The notes under the pieces were generated by a model. The model saw only the letters and a list, made by a program, of their open reading frames with translations, ran no database searches and was not told the DNA's origin. From an uncultured Holophagales bacterium (lineage in GTDB: Bacteria > Acidobacteriota > Thermoanaerobaculia > Multivoradales > UBA5704): DNA of 64,000 nt. The stretch is from positions 672,001 to 736,000 of the forward strand of contig CAWJGT010000009.1 in assembly GCA_963842525.1 (NCBI GenBank), in the 5' to 3' direction. Both the position numbers and the translations under genes were made by a program. Below, piece after piece: positions 1 to 16,774 of this stretch (position 1 is the stretch's first letter; each line of letters begins with the position of its first letter).

Positions 1-2544
<2,544 letters not shown>

Positions 2545-2556
2545 GGAGGAAGACCA

Positions 2557-6738
<4,182 letters not shown>

Positions 6739-6777
6739 TCTCAGGGGCCCCGGGGCTCTCCCCGAACGCCAGACACC

Positions 6778-6805
6778 AAGGGCGGCCGCGAGGCCGCCCT
6801 TTTTT
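6778..6805 (+). terminator. Rho-independent terminator of rpoBC
   Basis: AAGGGCGGCC-GCGA-GGCCGCCCTT hairpin followed by a T run, 40 bp after the rpoC stop. Confidence 0.9.
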
Positions 6806-6901
6806 CGTTGCCCCCATGGCTCTTGCCACAGGCGCCTCCTCCTGCTATTCTTCGTCACTGTTGAGAGGGAAAAGTCGTGCGGCCAGGATAACTGATGGTC
6901 T

Positions 6902-7309
6902 GTGGCAACCGTTGAGCTGAATGCGATGTCATCGGAACATGCACGCCCGCGCGAAGCCGCGAATGTAGATCGTCTCGCAGCTCTCGAAGGACGAGTCGCG
7001 GCGCTTGAGGAGGAGCGAGACCATCCTCCTCAGTATGAAATGTGGATCCATACTTTCGCCCCCGAGCCGTTTTCTCTCAAGAAGCCCATCCCGATTCTTG
7101 TGCGCCCTCACGACGGCGAATTCCTTGCATCCTTGAGCGACGCCAACATCAACATTTCGGGTGAGACGGCGACGGAAGCATTCACCAGCATCAAGAGTCT
7201 GATCCTGGACATCTGGGAGCGTCTGCAAAAACTCTCCACGACGACCAGTCTGGGTCCCAGGCTCGAAGAGAGGCTGGCGGTTCTGCGCGAGTATATCGAT
7301 GGGCCGTAG
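6902..7309 (+). CDS. HicB-like antitoxin (partial RNase H-fold domain)
   Basis: [40 protein letters not shown] matches the HicB-type G[ED]TxxEA pattern; visibly lower GC than rpoC. Confidence 0.6.
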   Translation: MATVELNAMSSEHARPREAANVDRLAALEGRVAALEEERDHPPQYEMWIHTFAPEPFSLKKPIPILVRPHDGEFLASLSDANINISGETATEAFTSIKSLILDIWERLQKLSTTTSLGPRLEERLAVLREYIDGP

Positions 7310-7610
7310 AGGGCCTACCTTGACGAGAGAGCATGCGGACAAGATAACGCGCAAGCTCTCGGCTGAAATCGATACAAGCGGTCGTGCACATGACTTGGCG
7401 ACCGTTTACTTCAAGGGCAAACCAGTCATCCAGTTTTCGATTCGACGCTCGTCTCGAAAGGAGACCGGGCACGGCCACCTGACGGAAGACCTTGGATTGC
7501 CGGCATTTCAGGTGAGACGACTGGCGGATTGTCCCATGAGCTACGACGAGTGGGTAACGAGAATGCGAGCGCTGAAGATCATTCCTGAAGAAGAGGACCC
7601 CGTGGCGTAA
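7299..7610 (+). CDS. HicA-like toxin (dsRBD-type mRNA interferase), putative
   Basis: 103 aa, basic, overlaps the upstream gene. The GRAH-strand-strand-helix pattern and CPMSYDEW tail resemble HicA-like small proteins. Confidence 0.5.
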   Translation: MGRRGPTLTREHADKITRKLSAEIDTSGRAHDLATVYFKGKPVIQFSIRRSSRKETGHGHLTEDLGLPAFQVRRLADCPMSYDEWVTRMRALKIIPEEEDPVA

Positions 7611-7728
7611 AGGCCTGGGCGGCCGAGCTTGATGAGTCCCTTGGAGGTGGAGCGGTGTAGGGTCATATGCGGCGCTTGGTGTTAAGATAGGCAAGCTCCG
7701 CCTCTCTGTGCGGGCGAAAGGACGATCG

Positions 7729-8589
7729 ATGCGGTCCCGGCTCTTTGCCGCCTGTCTCCTGGCCCTTCTCTTCCATGCTCCGGCGCCTGCGGACACCGTG
7801 TACCTGGCCAACGGAAGGACGTTCGAGGGGGTGATTGCGGAGGTGGGGGACGCGGAGGTCAAGATCCGGATGCCCGGCGGCGCCCTCAGCCTGCCGAAGA
7901 GCCACGTGGTGCGGGTGGAGCCGTCCGACTCCGATCTCGCGGCCTATCTGCGCCGCAAGGATGCGCTTGTCCGCGGCGGACAGGTGCAGGCCGCGGACTG
8001 GCTGGCGCTCGCCCGCTGGGCCCGGGCCGAAGGGCTGGCGCACGGCGTCCGCGAGGCGGCGATCCAGGCGGCCGACCTCGACCCGCACCTGCAGGGACTG
8101 GCCCCCCTCCTGCGCGGGCTCGGGTTCGTGCTCGACGAGCAGCTCGACCGGTGGGTGCCCTACAACGACTACATGCGGCGGCGGGGCTTCGTCCTCGCGA
8201 ACGGCCAGTGGATCACCCGCGAAGAGAACGCTGTCCGGGTCCGGGTCCAGGAGGAAGCGATCGCGCGCGAGCGGGCCGAGAGGGCGGCGGCCCGGGCGTC
8301 CCAGGCGACACAGGCGGTCCGCGAGGTCGAGCTGGCGCTGGCCCAGCTTGAGCTGCGGGACCGCGTCCGGCGCGAGGAGCAGCCTTCGGCCTTGTACGGC
8401 ACTGGCATGCCCGTCTACGTCTTCCCGGGCTATTGGCCGCCGTTCCCAGTCCCCGTCCCGCCTTGCCACGGCTGTGGGAACAACCCCGAGCCGCCGCGTC
8501 CGCCTGACCGTCCCGGCACACCGACCGCCCCGGCTCCTCGATCCGGGACGAGGGACGCGGCTCGTACACTCACGTGCCGGGAAGCCTGA
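7729..8589 (+). CDS. Secreted hypothetical protein
   Basis: Signal peptide MRSRLFAACLLALLFHAPAPA followed by DTVYLANGRTFEGVI; coiled-coil segment and Pro-rich tail. Confidence 0.75.
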   Translation: MRSRLFAACLLALLFHAPAPADTVYLANGRTFEGVIAEVGDAEVKIRMPGGALSLPKSHVVRVEPSDSDLAAYLRRKDALVRGGQVQAADWLALARWARAEGLAHGVREAAIQAADLDPHLQGLAPLLRGLGFVLDEQLDRWVPYNDYMRRRGFVLANGQWITREENAVRVRVQEEAIARERAERAAARASQATQAVREVELALAQLELRDRVRREEQPSALYGTGMPVYVFPGYWPPFPVPVPPCHGCGNNPEPPRPPDRPGTPTAPAPRSGTRDAARTLTCREA

Positions 8590-8655
8590 TCCCGGGCCGG
8601 CTCGCGCCGCTTTCCAAGCACGACGGCGGTTAGCCCCACGGGCAGCAGCGGCGGC

Positions 8656-9555
8656 ATGCGGACCGCCATCATCGTCAACTCGGGCTCGGGGACTGTCCAG
8701 AGGGAAGGGATCGACGAGAGCCTCCTGCGCAAGCTGGCGCGGGAGGCCGGCCTCGACGCCGAGGTGTGGCTCGTCCCGGGAGACCGGATCACGGAGACCG
8801 CGCACCGGGCCCTGGAGTCGGGTGCCGGGGCGCTGGTCGCCGGCGGGGGCGATGGGACGATCCGCTCGGTGGCCGCGGTCCTCGCCGGCGGCGACCGGCC
8901 GCTCGGCGTGCTCCCGGTGGGGACGATGAACCACTTTGCCCGCGACCTCGGGATCCCCCTGGACCTGCCCGAGGCCTTGCGGGTCGTGGCGACCGGGACC
9001 GTGCACAGGCTCGACCTCGGCGAGGTCAACGGCGAGGTCTTCATCAACAACTCGAGCCTCGGTTTCTATGCACCCCTCGTGCGGGTGCGCGACAGGGAGC
9101 GGCGCGAGCGGGAGCGCGGCAAGTGGTCGGCGACCTTCGTGGCCGCCCTGAAGGTGCTGCCGCGCCTGCCGTCCCTGCGGGTGGAGGTGGAGATGGAGGG
9201 GCGGACGGTCGTCCACGACACCTGGTTCGTCTTCATCGGCAACAACGAATACGAGATGAGCCTCTTCTCCTACGGCGCCCGCTCGCGCCTCGACAGCGGT
9301 GATCTCTATCTGTACATCGCGAAGCCCCGGAGCCGCCTGGGGCTGGTCGGACTGATCCTCCTCGGGATCGTGCGCGACGTCACGACGACGGACAACTTCG
9401 ACTGCTTCCAACTGCCGCGTTTCACGATCGAGACCGACAAGAAGGTCCTGCACGTCTACCTCGACGGCGAGGTGATGCTCCTCCGGCCGCCGCTCCACTA
9501 CCGGACGCGGGCGCGCGACCTGCCGGTGATCCTCCCGGCGTCTACTTCGACGTAG
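8656..9555 (+). CDS. Diacylglycerol/lipid kinase family protein (YegS/BmrU-like)
   Basis: IVNSGSG, GGGDGT, LPVGTMNHFARDLGIP and LDGE motifs. Confidence 0.92.
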   Translation: MRTAIIVNSGSGTVQREGIDESLLRKLAREAGLDAEVWLVPGDRITETAHRALESGAGALVAGGGDGTIRSVAAVLAGGDRPLGVLPVGTMNHFARDLGIPLDLPEALRVVATGTVHRLDLGEVNGEVFINNSSLGFYAPLVRVRDRERRERERGKWSATFVAALKVLPRLPSLRVEVEMEGRTVVHDTWFVFIGNNEYEMSLFSYGARSRLDSGDLYLYIAKPRSRLGLVGLILLGIVRDVTTTDNFDCFQLPRFTIETDKKVLHVYLDGEVMLLRPPLHYRTRARDLPVILPASTST

Positions 9556-11848
9556 AGGAGAGCTTCTCTTCCAGATCCTGCACCGCCCGCTCCAGCACCT
9601 CGTCGCGGCCCGCCCGGATCCCCTCGATCGTCGGCGCGGCCTCGACATCCGGCCGAAGGCCGACCCGCTGGAGCTGCCGCCCGTCGGCGTGCCGCACGTC
9701 GTGGCCGGTGAAGCGGACCCTGACCCCGCCTGGCAGCGTGAAGTAGGTGATGTCGCCGTTGGCCCCTGCCGAAGGGGTGCCCACGAACCGTGTGCCGTTG
9801 GCTACTTCGAAAAAGAGGCCGGTGTGCTCGGCCTGGCTGATGGTCCGTTCGTCGATCAGCATGACGGTCGGCCCCGCGTACTTCGTACCCCGGGTGGGGG
9901 GCAGGGGCTGGACGAAGCAGAAACGATTGTCGACCATGTCGTTGGCCCGCTGCGGCGAGACCTGCATGCGACAGAAGTAGGCGGCTCCGCGGGCGTTCCG
10001 GACATTGAGCCGGGGTGCGATCGACCACGCCGTGCCGTTGGGATAGCCGCGCATGTCGAAGACGATGCCCCGGGTGTCCTTGAGCGTCTCGAACATGGCC
10101 CCCACCTCGGGGACTGTGAGGCGGGCCAGGTCGACATAGCCCAGGTTGTTCGGCAGGATGCGGACGATCTCCCCTTTGCGCGGCAGATAGCGGCCCTGGA
10201 CCCCAAGGGCCCGCGTCAGCTTCACGTCCCGCGTCGTGCCGTTCGTCCCGCTTACGGTCAGGATCACCGTGGAGCCGGCGGGGCCGCGCAGCAGGTTGCC
10301 GCCCAGGCGGTACATCAGGGTGGCTTCGTGCGAGCCGGCCAGGTAGGGGCGGAGGCGCGCGATGCGCTCCTCCACAGGCTTCCCATCCACAGCGACCACA
10401 ACGTCGCCCCGTTGCAGGCCCGGGACCGGGGCTCCCGAGGCGTCGCCCAGCTCCACGACCACATACCGGCCCTCGATCCAGCGCAGCTCGACCGGCACGC
10501 CCGCTTCGCCCAGGAGGCGGGTCAGGTCGGGATGGCCCTCGACGACCGTGTGGCTGTCCGCCACCCGCACCCCCATCTCGGCCATGGTCAGCGCGTACTC
10601 CTCGGCTCCCCGGGTCTTTTCCATCCGCTCGATGAATTCGGGCAGGACCGCGTCCCAGTCGCCGATCAGGTGCTTGTACGGATAGAAAAAATCGATGATG
10701 TTCCAGGTCCGGAAGACCGCGAGCAGGCGGTGCTCCGGCGAGGGATCGGTCATCTCCTCATAGGTCCGGTCCGGCCGCCAGACGGGGTCCGGCAGGGACT
10801 GGTACGCGGCGGTCGGCGCGGGAGCAGAGGTGCCGCCGGCCCCCGCCTTGACCCAGCGCAGAGCGGCGGCGAAGGCGGGGTCGTCCTGGCCGGCTGCTGG
10901 GACAGGAAATTGCTGGTCGGCGTGGATGCCGGACCACCCGAACATCGGCAGGACCTCGCTCATCCGTACCGTTGCCCGCAGATCCTCTCCCAGGTCGACG
11001 ACCCGCTGGCGGACGACCGACTCTTCGCGCAGAGGGCCGGCGGCGAAGATGGCGCCGTCTCCGGAAGCCTGGAGAGCCAGTGCGATGCCCGGAATATCAG
11101 ACGTGGGCCCCAGCACGAAGGCCACCCGCTTGGGCGTGATCCCGGGAGGCGGCGTGAAGCTCTCGGCGGTCTCGGTGACGAAGGCCGAGGTGTAGCCCGT
11201 GGGCCCCATCTGGGACCGATACCCGGAGTGCTGGAGATAGCGTTGTGCGGGCGCCTGGACAGGCCGGCTGGCGAGCCGCTCGGCTCCGAGCCCCGCAAGG
11301 AAATACGAGGTCTCGATCCAGGGCATCCCCGGCGGCGGCGCCACGCGGAGCTCCACCACGACCGCCCGGGCCTTGGCGATCGCCTCACCGGCTTCGTCCA
11401 TGGCTTTCTGGACGTCCGGCCCGGAGTCGTCGAAGCGGGCCACGTCGACGATCAGGACGTCCTGGTCCCAGCGGATCAGCGGATGGCCAGGGACGGTCGG
11501 AATGCCGCCGCCGGCCGTCTGCTCGTCCTCCTGCAGATGGGTCGCGGGGTCGCCCAGCGCCGCGAGCATCTCCCGCACCGCGGCGGCGTACTCTTCGCGG
11601 CTCGACGCCGTGCGTACCCTGGGGATGGCCCGCAGCAGCGGCGCGTCCAAGTCGATGTCCTTGTAGGCGAGCCAGGGGTGGAGATAGCGCACCGTCCCCC
11701 ACAGCCGGCCGAGCCGGGCCAGCCGCTCGACTGAAGAAGGAGCCGGAGCCTCTTCGGCCGCCCAGAGCGTCCCGCAGGCCGGGAGGGTCCAGAGGACGGC
11801 GAGAGCGGCGAGAACGATCGCGCGAAGGGGACGGCCGGGGCGCGTCAC
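9542..11848 (-). CDS. S41 family peptidase (secreted, PDZ-containing)
   Basis: VFDMRGYPNG, TISQAEH and SAGANGD motifs. The GTG start at 11848 overlaps the upstream stop (GTGA) and is followed by a signal peptide. Confidence 0.88.
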   Translation of the reverse strand: MTRPGRPLRAIVLAALAVLWTLPACGTLWAAEEAPAPSSVERLARLGRLWGTVRYLHPWLAYKDIDLDAPLLRAIPRVRTASSREEYAAAVREMLAALGDPATHLQEDEQTAGGGIPTVPGHPLIRWDQDVLIVDVARFDDSGPDVQKAMDEAGEAIAKARAVVVELRVAPPPGMPWIETSYFLAGLGAERLASRPVQAPAQRYLQHSGYRSQMGPTGYTSAFVTETAESFTPPPGITPKRVAFVLGPTSDIPGIALALQASGDGAIFAAGPLREESVVRQRVVDLGEDLRATVRMSEVLPMFGWSGIHADQQFPVPAAGQDDPAFAAALRWVKAGAGGTSAPAPTAAYQSLPDPVWRPDRTYEEMTDPSPEHRLLAVFRTWNIIDFFYPYKHLIGDWDAVLPEFIERMEKTRGAEEYALTMAEMGVRVADSHTVVEGHPDLTRLLGEAGVPVELRWIEGRYVVVELGDASGAPVPGLQRGDVVVAVDGKPVEERIARLRPYLAGSHEATLMYRLGGNLLRGPAGSTVILTVSGTNGTTRDVKLTRALGVQGRYLPRKGEIVRILPNNLGYVDLARLTVPEVGAMFETLKDTRGIVFDMRGYPNGTAWSIAPRLNVRNARGAAYFCRMQVSPQRANDMVDNRFCFVQPLPPTRGTKYAGPTVMLIDERTISQAEHTGLFFEVANGTRFVGTPSAGANGDITYFTLPGGVRVRFTGHDVRHADGRQLQRVGLRPDVEAAPTIEGIRAGRDEVLERAVQDLEEKLSSTSK

Positions 11849-12561
11849 TTGGAGGGCTTGTACCACTCCTTGGGATGGACGGTGTAGGGGTAGTACCTGT
11901 CGGCCGGGAGCCCGGACTGCTGCTTGTTCTTCCGGCTCTGGTAGTGGCCGGTCTTGTCGTTGTGGCCCACGATCTCGCCGTCGACGATGCCGACCTCGCC
12001 CGCGGCCACGATCTTCTTCTTCCCGCTGCGCCCTTCCGGCGTTCCCGAGGCAATGGAGGGGTGGCTGTCTCCCGGCATGTCGACCGCCTGCCGCTCCGAG
12101 ACATAGACATCGCCGTGCTTCGACATGCGGACGAAGCCGGCGTAGACGGTGCCCGCCTGCTTCACCCGTCCGGTGTCGACGCTGGTCAGCGTGCAACCCG
12201 CGCCGCCGTCGCCGCAGCGCAGGACCTGGACCGGGCGCTTCGGCGGCGGCACCGGCCCGCCGAGGTTCTTCCGGTCGTCGTAGAGCACGACGTCGCCGGC
12301 GGTCTCGGCGGCGTTCTCCTCCGAGGGAGGAGGAGCGGGATTGCGCCCCCGGTTGAGAGCGGCCTGGACGTGCGGCGCGCGCTGCCCGGGCGCGATGGCC
12401 ACCACAGGGCGGGCCATCAACGGCTGGACGGCGGGAGGAGCGTGCAGAGGCTGGACTGCGGCAGGTGGAGCATGCCGTGCCAGGGCTGCCTGGACATGCG
12501 AGGCCCTTCCCGGCGGTGTGCCGGGTGGCGGGCCTCCCTGCGGCCTCTGGCCTGCGGTCAT
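11845..12561 (-). CDS. Hypothetical protein: Pro-rich repeat N-terminus and putative toxin-like C-terminal domain
   Basis: HVQAAL x2 and AVQPL x2 repeats, then a domain containing HPSI...VAAGEVGIVDGEIVGHNDKTGHY. Confidence 0.65.
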   Translation of the reverse strand: MTAGQRPQGGPPPGTPPGRASHVQAALARHAPPAAVQPLHAPPAVQPLMARPVVAIAPGQRAPHVQAALNRGRNPAPPPSEENAAETAGDVVLYDDRKNLGGPVPPPKRPVQVLRCGDGGAGCTLTSVDTGRVKQAGTVYAGFVRMSKHGDVYVSERQAVDMPGDSHPSIASGTPEGRSGKKKIVAAGEVGIVDGEIVGHNDKTGHYQSRKNKQQSGLPADRYYPYTVHPKEWYKPSK

Positions 12562-12574
12562 GGAGACATTGCTA

Positions 12575-12795
12575 CCTCACCCCCTGTCCCCCTCTCCCAT
12601 CGCACTCCCCCCGACCGGGAGACGGGGGACGTAGATCAGGCGATGTGCGACGAGCGGGGGCAGGATACGGGACGGGTAGGTTGGCGGCGCTTGACCGCGG
12701 AGAGATCGAATCGACCTCGCCTCGAACGCCCCGCATGCGTCCCCCCCTCTCCCGGTCGGGGGGAGGGAGATGGGAGAGGGGGACAGGGGGTGAGG
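12575..12795. repeat. Inverted pair of REP-like palindromic elements
   Basis: CCTCACCCCCTGTCCCCCTCTCCCAT...GGGAGACGGGGGAC (12575-12630) and an inverted copy (12739-12795). The same family recurs at 36.6, 39.3-40.0 and 46.5 kb. Confidence 0.85.
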
Positions 12796-12797
12796 CC

Positions 12798-13034
12798 TCA
12801 GGACCGCTGCCAGCGGATCTCCACCTCGTCCCCGTCGCCGAGGGCCTGCCGAAGCAGCGTCACCAGCGCGGGTTCCGCCCCTTGCTCCTCCAGGATGTCG
12901 ACCGTGGCGCGGTTGATGTAGTAATCGTCGTCGTCCGACGACTCTTCCTCGAGCTGATCGACCAGGAACTGGAACTGATCGTCGGTGAGCGTGCCAAGCA
13001 ATCTGCCGGTTTTCTTGTCGAAGATTTCGACCAT
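12798..13034 (-). CDS. Small acidic conserved hypothetical protein (78 aa)
   Basis: MVEIFDKKTG...FLVDQLEEESSDDDDYYINRATVDILE; GGAGG RBS before the ATG at 13034. Confidence 0.8.
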   Translation of the reverse strand: MVEIFDKKTGRLLGTLTDDQFQFLVDQLEEESSDDDDYYINRATVDILEEQGAEPALVTLLRQALGDGDEVEIRWQRS

Positions 13035-13132
13035 GTGCCTCCTCCCTTTCTCCCAAGAGACCGTCATTCTAGGGCAATCCGTGTGCCAGGCGATCTCGCA
13101 ACCCGCGGGCCTGGACGGACGTACACTCTGGC

Positions 13133-14190
13133 ATGCGCAAGACCCTGATCGCCAGCGTCCTCGTCCTCCTCTGTGCGAGCCTGACCACGCCCCGGCCCTC
13201 GACGCCTGCACCACCTTCTGCCTGCGCCAGGGCAGGCCGGTCTTCGGCAAGAACTACGACTGGAGCGTCGGCGACGGCCTCCTGGTCGTCAACAAGCGCG
13301 GCGTGGCGAAGACCGCCATGGCGGCTCCAGGGCAGCGGCCGGCGAGCTGGGCCTCCAAGTACGGCAGCGTCACCTTCAACCAGTACGGCCGCGAGTTCCC
13401 CCACGGCGGGATGAACGAGGCCGGCCTGGTCGTCGAGCTGATGTGGCTCGACGCCGCGCGCTACCCCGCACCCGACGAGCGGCCCGCGCTCGACTGCCTG
13501 GAATGGATCCAGTACCAGCTCGACCGCTTCGACCGGGTCGAAGACGTGGTCCGGCATGCGGAGGAGGTGCGGATCGCGTCCGAGGCGCCTCTCCACTACC
13601 TCGTCTGCGACCGGAGCGGCGCCTGCGCCACCATCGAGTACCTGAACGGGAAGCTCGTGCCGCATACCGGCAAGGATCTGCCGGTCCCGGCGCTCGCCAA
13701 CCATACCTATGCCGAATCGCTGCGCTTCCTCGAGACCGCCGGCAAGGGCCGGGTCCCCGCGGGACGCGGCTCGCTGGAGCGCTTCGCCCGCGCCTCCGCC
13801 CTGATGAAGGGCTACGAGCCCAAGAGCCGGACGACGCCGGTCGAGCACGCCTTCGGCATCCTGGACAGCGTCGCCCAGGGCTCGTACACTCAATGGAGCA
13901 TCGTGTACGACTTGCGGGCCAAGCGGGTGCATTACAGGACGCGCGTGAACCGGGAGGTCCGCTGGCTCGACCTCGCCGCCTTCGACTTCGCGTGCGGCAC
14001 GCCGGTCCGCACCCTCGACATCGATGCAGGCGCGGGGAACGTGAGCGGCCGTTTCGCCGCCTACCGCCTGGAAGCCAACCGGCGCCTCATCGACCGGTCC
14101 TTCCAGGCGACGGACTTCCTGGCGGGCGTACCGCCGGAAGAACGGGCCGCCATCGCGGCCCACCCTGACAGCACCTCCTGCAGGAGGTGA
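13133..14190 (+). CDS. Linear amide C-N hydrolase (choloylglycine hydrolase/penicillin V acylase family), with a 1-bp frameshift near 13190
   Basis: Signal peptide MRKTLIASVLVLLCASL is in one frame and the catalytic N-terminal nucleophile CTTF...GKNYDW, GMNEAGL and SLERF are in another. Confidence 0.85.
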
Positions 14191-14211
14191 GTCCCACGGA
14201 GGGACCGTGCC

Positions 14212-16767
14212 GTGCACAGAGCCCTCGGGTCCGCCGTCCTCCTCCCGTTGCTCCTCGCGGCCGGGCTCTTCGCCCCTGCCTCTGCCACCAGCTACGTCCC
14301 GATGCCGGACGGCGTGCTCGCCGACCAGGCGCCGTTCATGATCGCCGGGACGGTGGAGAAGCTGGGAACGGTCTCCGGGCCGCAGGGCGTTCACGCCGGG
14401 CCGCAGGGCCCGTTCACTGAATACCGGGTCCGGGTGGAGCGCCGCCTCAAGGGTGGGCTCGCGGACAGCACCCTGCGGGTGCGCGTGCCGGGCGGCGAAG
14501 AGGGTGGCCTTGTGTTCCACACCTGGGGCGCGCCTGAATTCGCGACCGGCGACCGTGTCCTGCTCTTCCTCGACCGGCACCGCGACGGGTCCTACCGCCC
14601 CCTCCACCTGATGCTCGGCGCGTTCTACCGCGTGGAGGCCGCGGGCCGTCCGCTGGCTGTCCGCGACCTCGCCGAGGCGCAGGAGATCCGGGTTCCCGGA
14701 CAGGAGCCGGCCGAGCCTTCGGGGCAGGTGCGCGACTTCGATCGCTTCTCCAACTGGCTCGCCGATCGTGCCGCGGGGCTCGTCCGCCAGCCGGACTACT
14801 TCGAAAGCCTCCCCGCGCCGGCTCTGAAGCAGATCCAGGCCAGGTTCACCTATCTCGGCAGGAAGGCGCGCTGGTACGAGTTCAACCGCGAGACGAGCGT
14901 CGGCTGGCGCGCGCACGAGGCGGGGCTGCCGGGGTATCCCGGCGGCGGCTATGTTGAATTCGAGAGATCCCTCGGGGCGTGGAACGACGATCGTGCCACC
15001 AACATCCGCTATCGCTATGAAGGGACCACGGCGTCGACGGCCTCGAGCAGCCCGGCGATCTATTTCGACGACACCAACGGGCTGGTTCCGGGAACCTTCA
15101 ACTGCACCGCGCCCGGCCAGGGCAGCGGCGTGCTCGCGGCCGCTACGATCGGCTTCACGACAAGCTTGGAGCCGGCGGCGATCCAGTTCGTGCGGATCAT
15201 CGTCAACGACGGCAGCGGCTGCTGGTACACCAGCCGGGGGAGGCTGGAGACGGTCCTCGGGCACGAGGTGGGGCACACGCTCGGCCTCGGCCACTCCTGC
15301 GGCGGATCGGTCCCATGTACGGATCCCATCCTGAACGATGCCCTGATGCGCTCCTTCGCCCACTCCGACGGACGCGGCGCGCGGCTCAACGCCGACGACC
15401 GCGCCGGCATCTTCTCGCTGTATCCCGGCGCCACAGTGCCCGACCGTCCCGCGGCCCCCAGCGGCCTCGCCGCGACGGTGGTTTCCAGCAGCTCCATCCA
15501 GCTCGCCTGGCTGGACAAATCGACGGATGAGACCTCGTTCCGCGTCGAAATGAAGACCACCGGCTCGTTCAAGCAGGTCCTGACCACCGCCGCGAACGCG
15601 ACCACGGCGACCCTCACCGGCCTCACGCCGCAGACGGCCTACACCTTCCGCGTGCGCGCGCGCAGCGTGGGCGGCTTCTCGCCCTGGTCCAACCTGGCGA
15701 GCGCGACGACCCCGGCGCCGCCCCTGCCTCCGGCCGCGCCATCCGGCCTCTCGGCCCGGCCCGTCTCCGGCACGGAAATCCGGCTCGACTGGCAGGATCG
15801 GTCGAACGACGAGACCGAGATCCTCGTCGAGCAGGTGTCCCCGGCCGAGGGGTTCCGGCAGATCGCGGCCCTGCCCGCGAACGGCGAGAGCTTCACGGCG
15901 GCCGGCCTCGCGTCCAACACCCCCTACACCTTCCGGGTGCGTGCCCGGAACGCCCATGGGGCCTCGCCCTGGTCCAACCTGGCGAGCGCCACGACTTCCG
16001 CAGCGGCGGGTCCCTGCACGCCGGGAGCGCAGACCCTCTGCCTGCTGGAAGGGCGTTTCGCGGTCTCCGTCCAGTGGCGCAACGGCGACACCCACGGCAC
16101 CGGCAACGCCCTGCCCCTGGCCGGCTCGGACCAGGCCGGGCTCTTCTGGTTCTTCGAGGAGAACAACATCGAGCTGATCGTCAAGATCCTCGACGGCCGC
16201 ACGGTGAACGGCTTCTACTGGACCTTCCGCGGCGGGCTGTCCACCCTGGAGCACTGGATCACCGTGACCGACACGGCCAACGGCGCGTCGAGCACCTACT
16301 ACAACGTCCCCGGGAGCCTGTGCGGCTCCGCGGATGTACGATCGCTGCCGGGCCTCACCACCTCGGCGACCCTGAGGCCCCTGAGGACATTCGAGCTGCC
16401 CGCCGCCTCCGCGCCGGCCGCCATCTCCGCAGACTGCGCCCCCGGCGCGCTCTGCCTCCTGGGGGGCCGCTTCCAGGTGGAGGTGACGTGGCGCCTCCCC
16501 GGCGGCGGCACGGGCGCGGGGACCTCGGTGCCGCTGAACGACGGCACCGGCCTCTTCTGGTTCTTCGACCCGGCCAACGTCGAGCTGGTCACAAAGGTCT
16601 TGGATGGCCGGCCGATCAACGGTAAGATCTGGTTCTTCTACGGCGCGCTGTCGGACGTCGAGTACGACCTGAGAGTTACCGACACGGCGACGGGCGCTAT
16701 CCGCACCTACCACAACGCGCCGGGCAACCTCTGCGGGCTCGGCGACACGAGCGCGTTCGGCGGCTGA
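14212..16767 (+). CDS. Secreted metzincin (matrixin-like) metalloprotease with two FN3 domains and two C-terminal beta-rich repeat domains
   Basis: Signal peptide, HEVGHTLGLGH zinc motif, Met-turn ALM, two FN3 repeats (YTFRVRA), and two LCLLxGRF...FWFF...NxELxxKxLDGR domains. Confidence 0.9.
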   Translation: MHRALGSAVLLPLLLAAGLFAPASATSYVPMPDGVLADQAPFMIAGTVEKLGTVSGPQGVHAGPQGPFTEYRVRVERRLKGGLADSTLRVRVPGGEEGGLVFHTWGAPEFATGDRVLLFLDRHRDGSYRPLHLMLGAFYRVEAAGRPLAVRDLAEAQEIRVPGQEPAEPSGQVRDFDRFSNWLADRAAGLVRQPDYFESLPAPALKQIQARFTYLGRKARWYEFNRETSVGWRAHEAGLPGYPGGGYVEFERSLGAWNDDRATNIRYRYEGTTASTASSSPAIYFDDTNGLVPGTFNCTAPGQGSGVLAAATIGFTTSLEPAAIQFVRIIVNDGSGCWYTSRGRLETVLGHEVGHTLGLGHSCGGSVPCTDPILNDALMRSFAHSDGRGARLNADDRAGIFSLYPGATVPDRPAAPSGLAATVVSSSSIQLAWLDKSTDETSFRVEMKTTGSFKQVLTTAANATTATLTGLTPQTAYTFRVRARSVGGFSPWSNLASATTPAPPLPPAAPSGLSARPVSGTEIRLDWQDRSNDETEILVEQVSPAEGFRQIAALPANGESFTAAGLASNTPYTFRVRARNAHGASPWSNLASATTSAAAGPCTPGAQTLCLLEGRFAVSVQWRNGDTHGTGNALPLAGSDQAGLFWFFEENNIELIVKILDGRTVNGFYWTFRGGLSTLEHWITVTDTANGASSTYYNVPGSLCGSADVRSLPGLTTSATLRPLRTFELPAASAPAAISADCAPGALCLLGGRFQVEVTWRLPGGGTGAGTSVPLNDGTGLFWFFDPANVELVTKVLDGRPINGKIWFFYGALSDVEYDLRVTDTATGAIRTYHNAPGNLCGLGDTSAFGG

Positions 16768-16774
16768 GGTACGT

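Noticed and set aside
13069-16713. Very long antisense or alternate-frame ORFs (1214 aa here; also 46184..50008, 2760..4613, 5241..6920)
   Set aside because: They shadow well-supported genes and arise from high GC3 codon bias.
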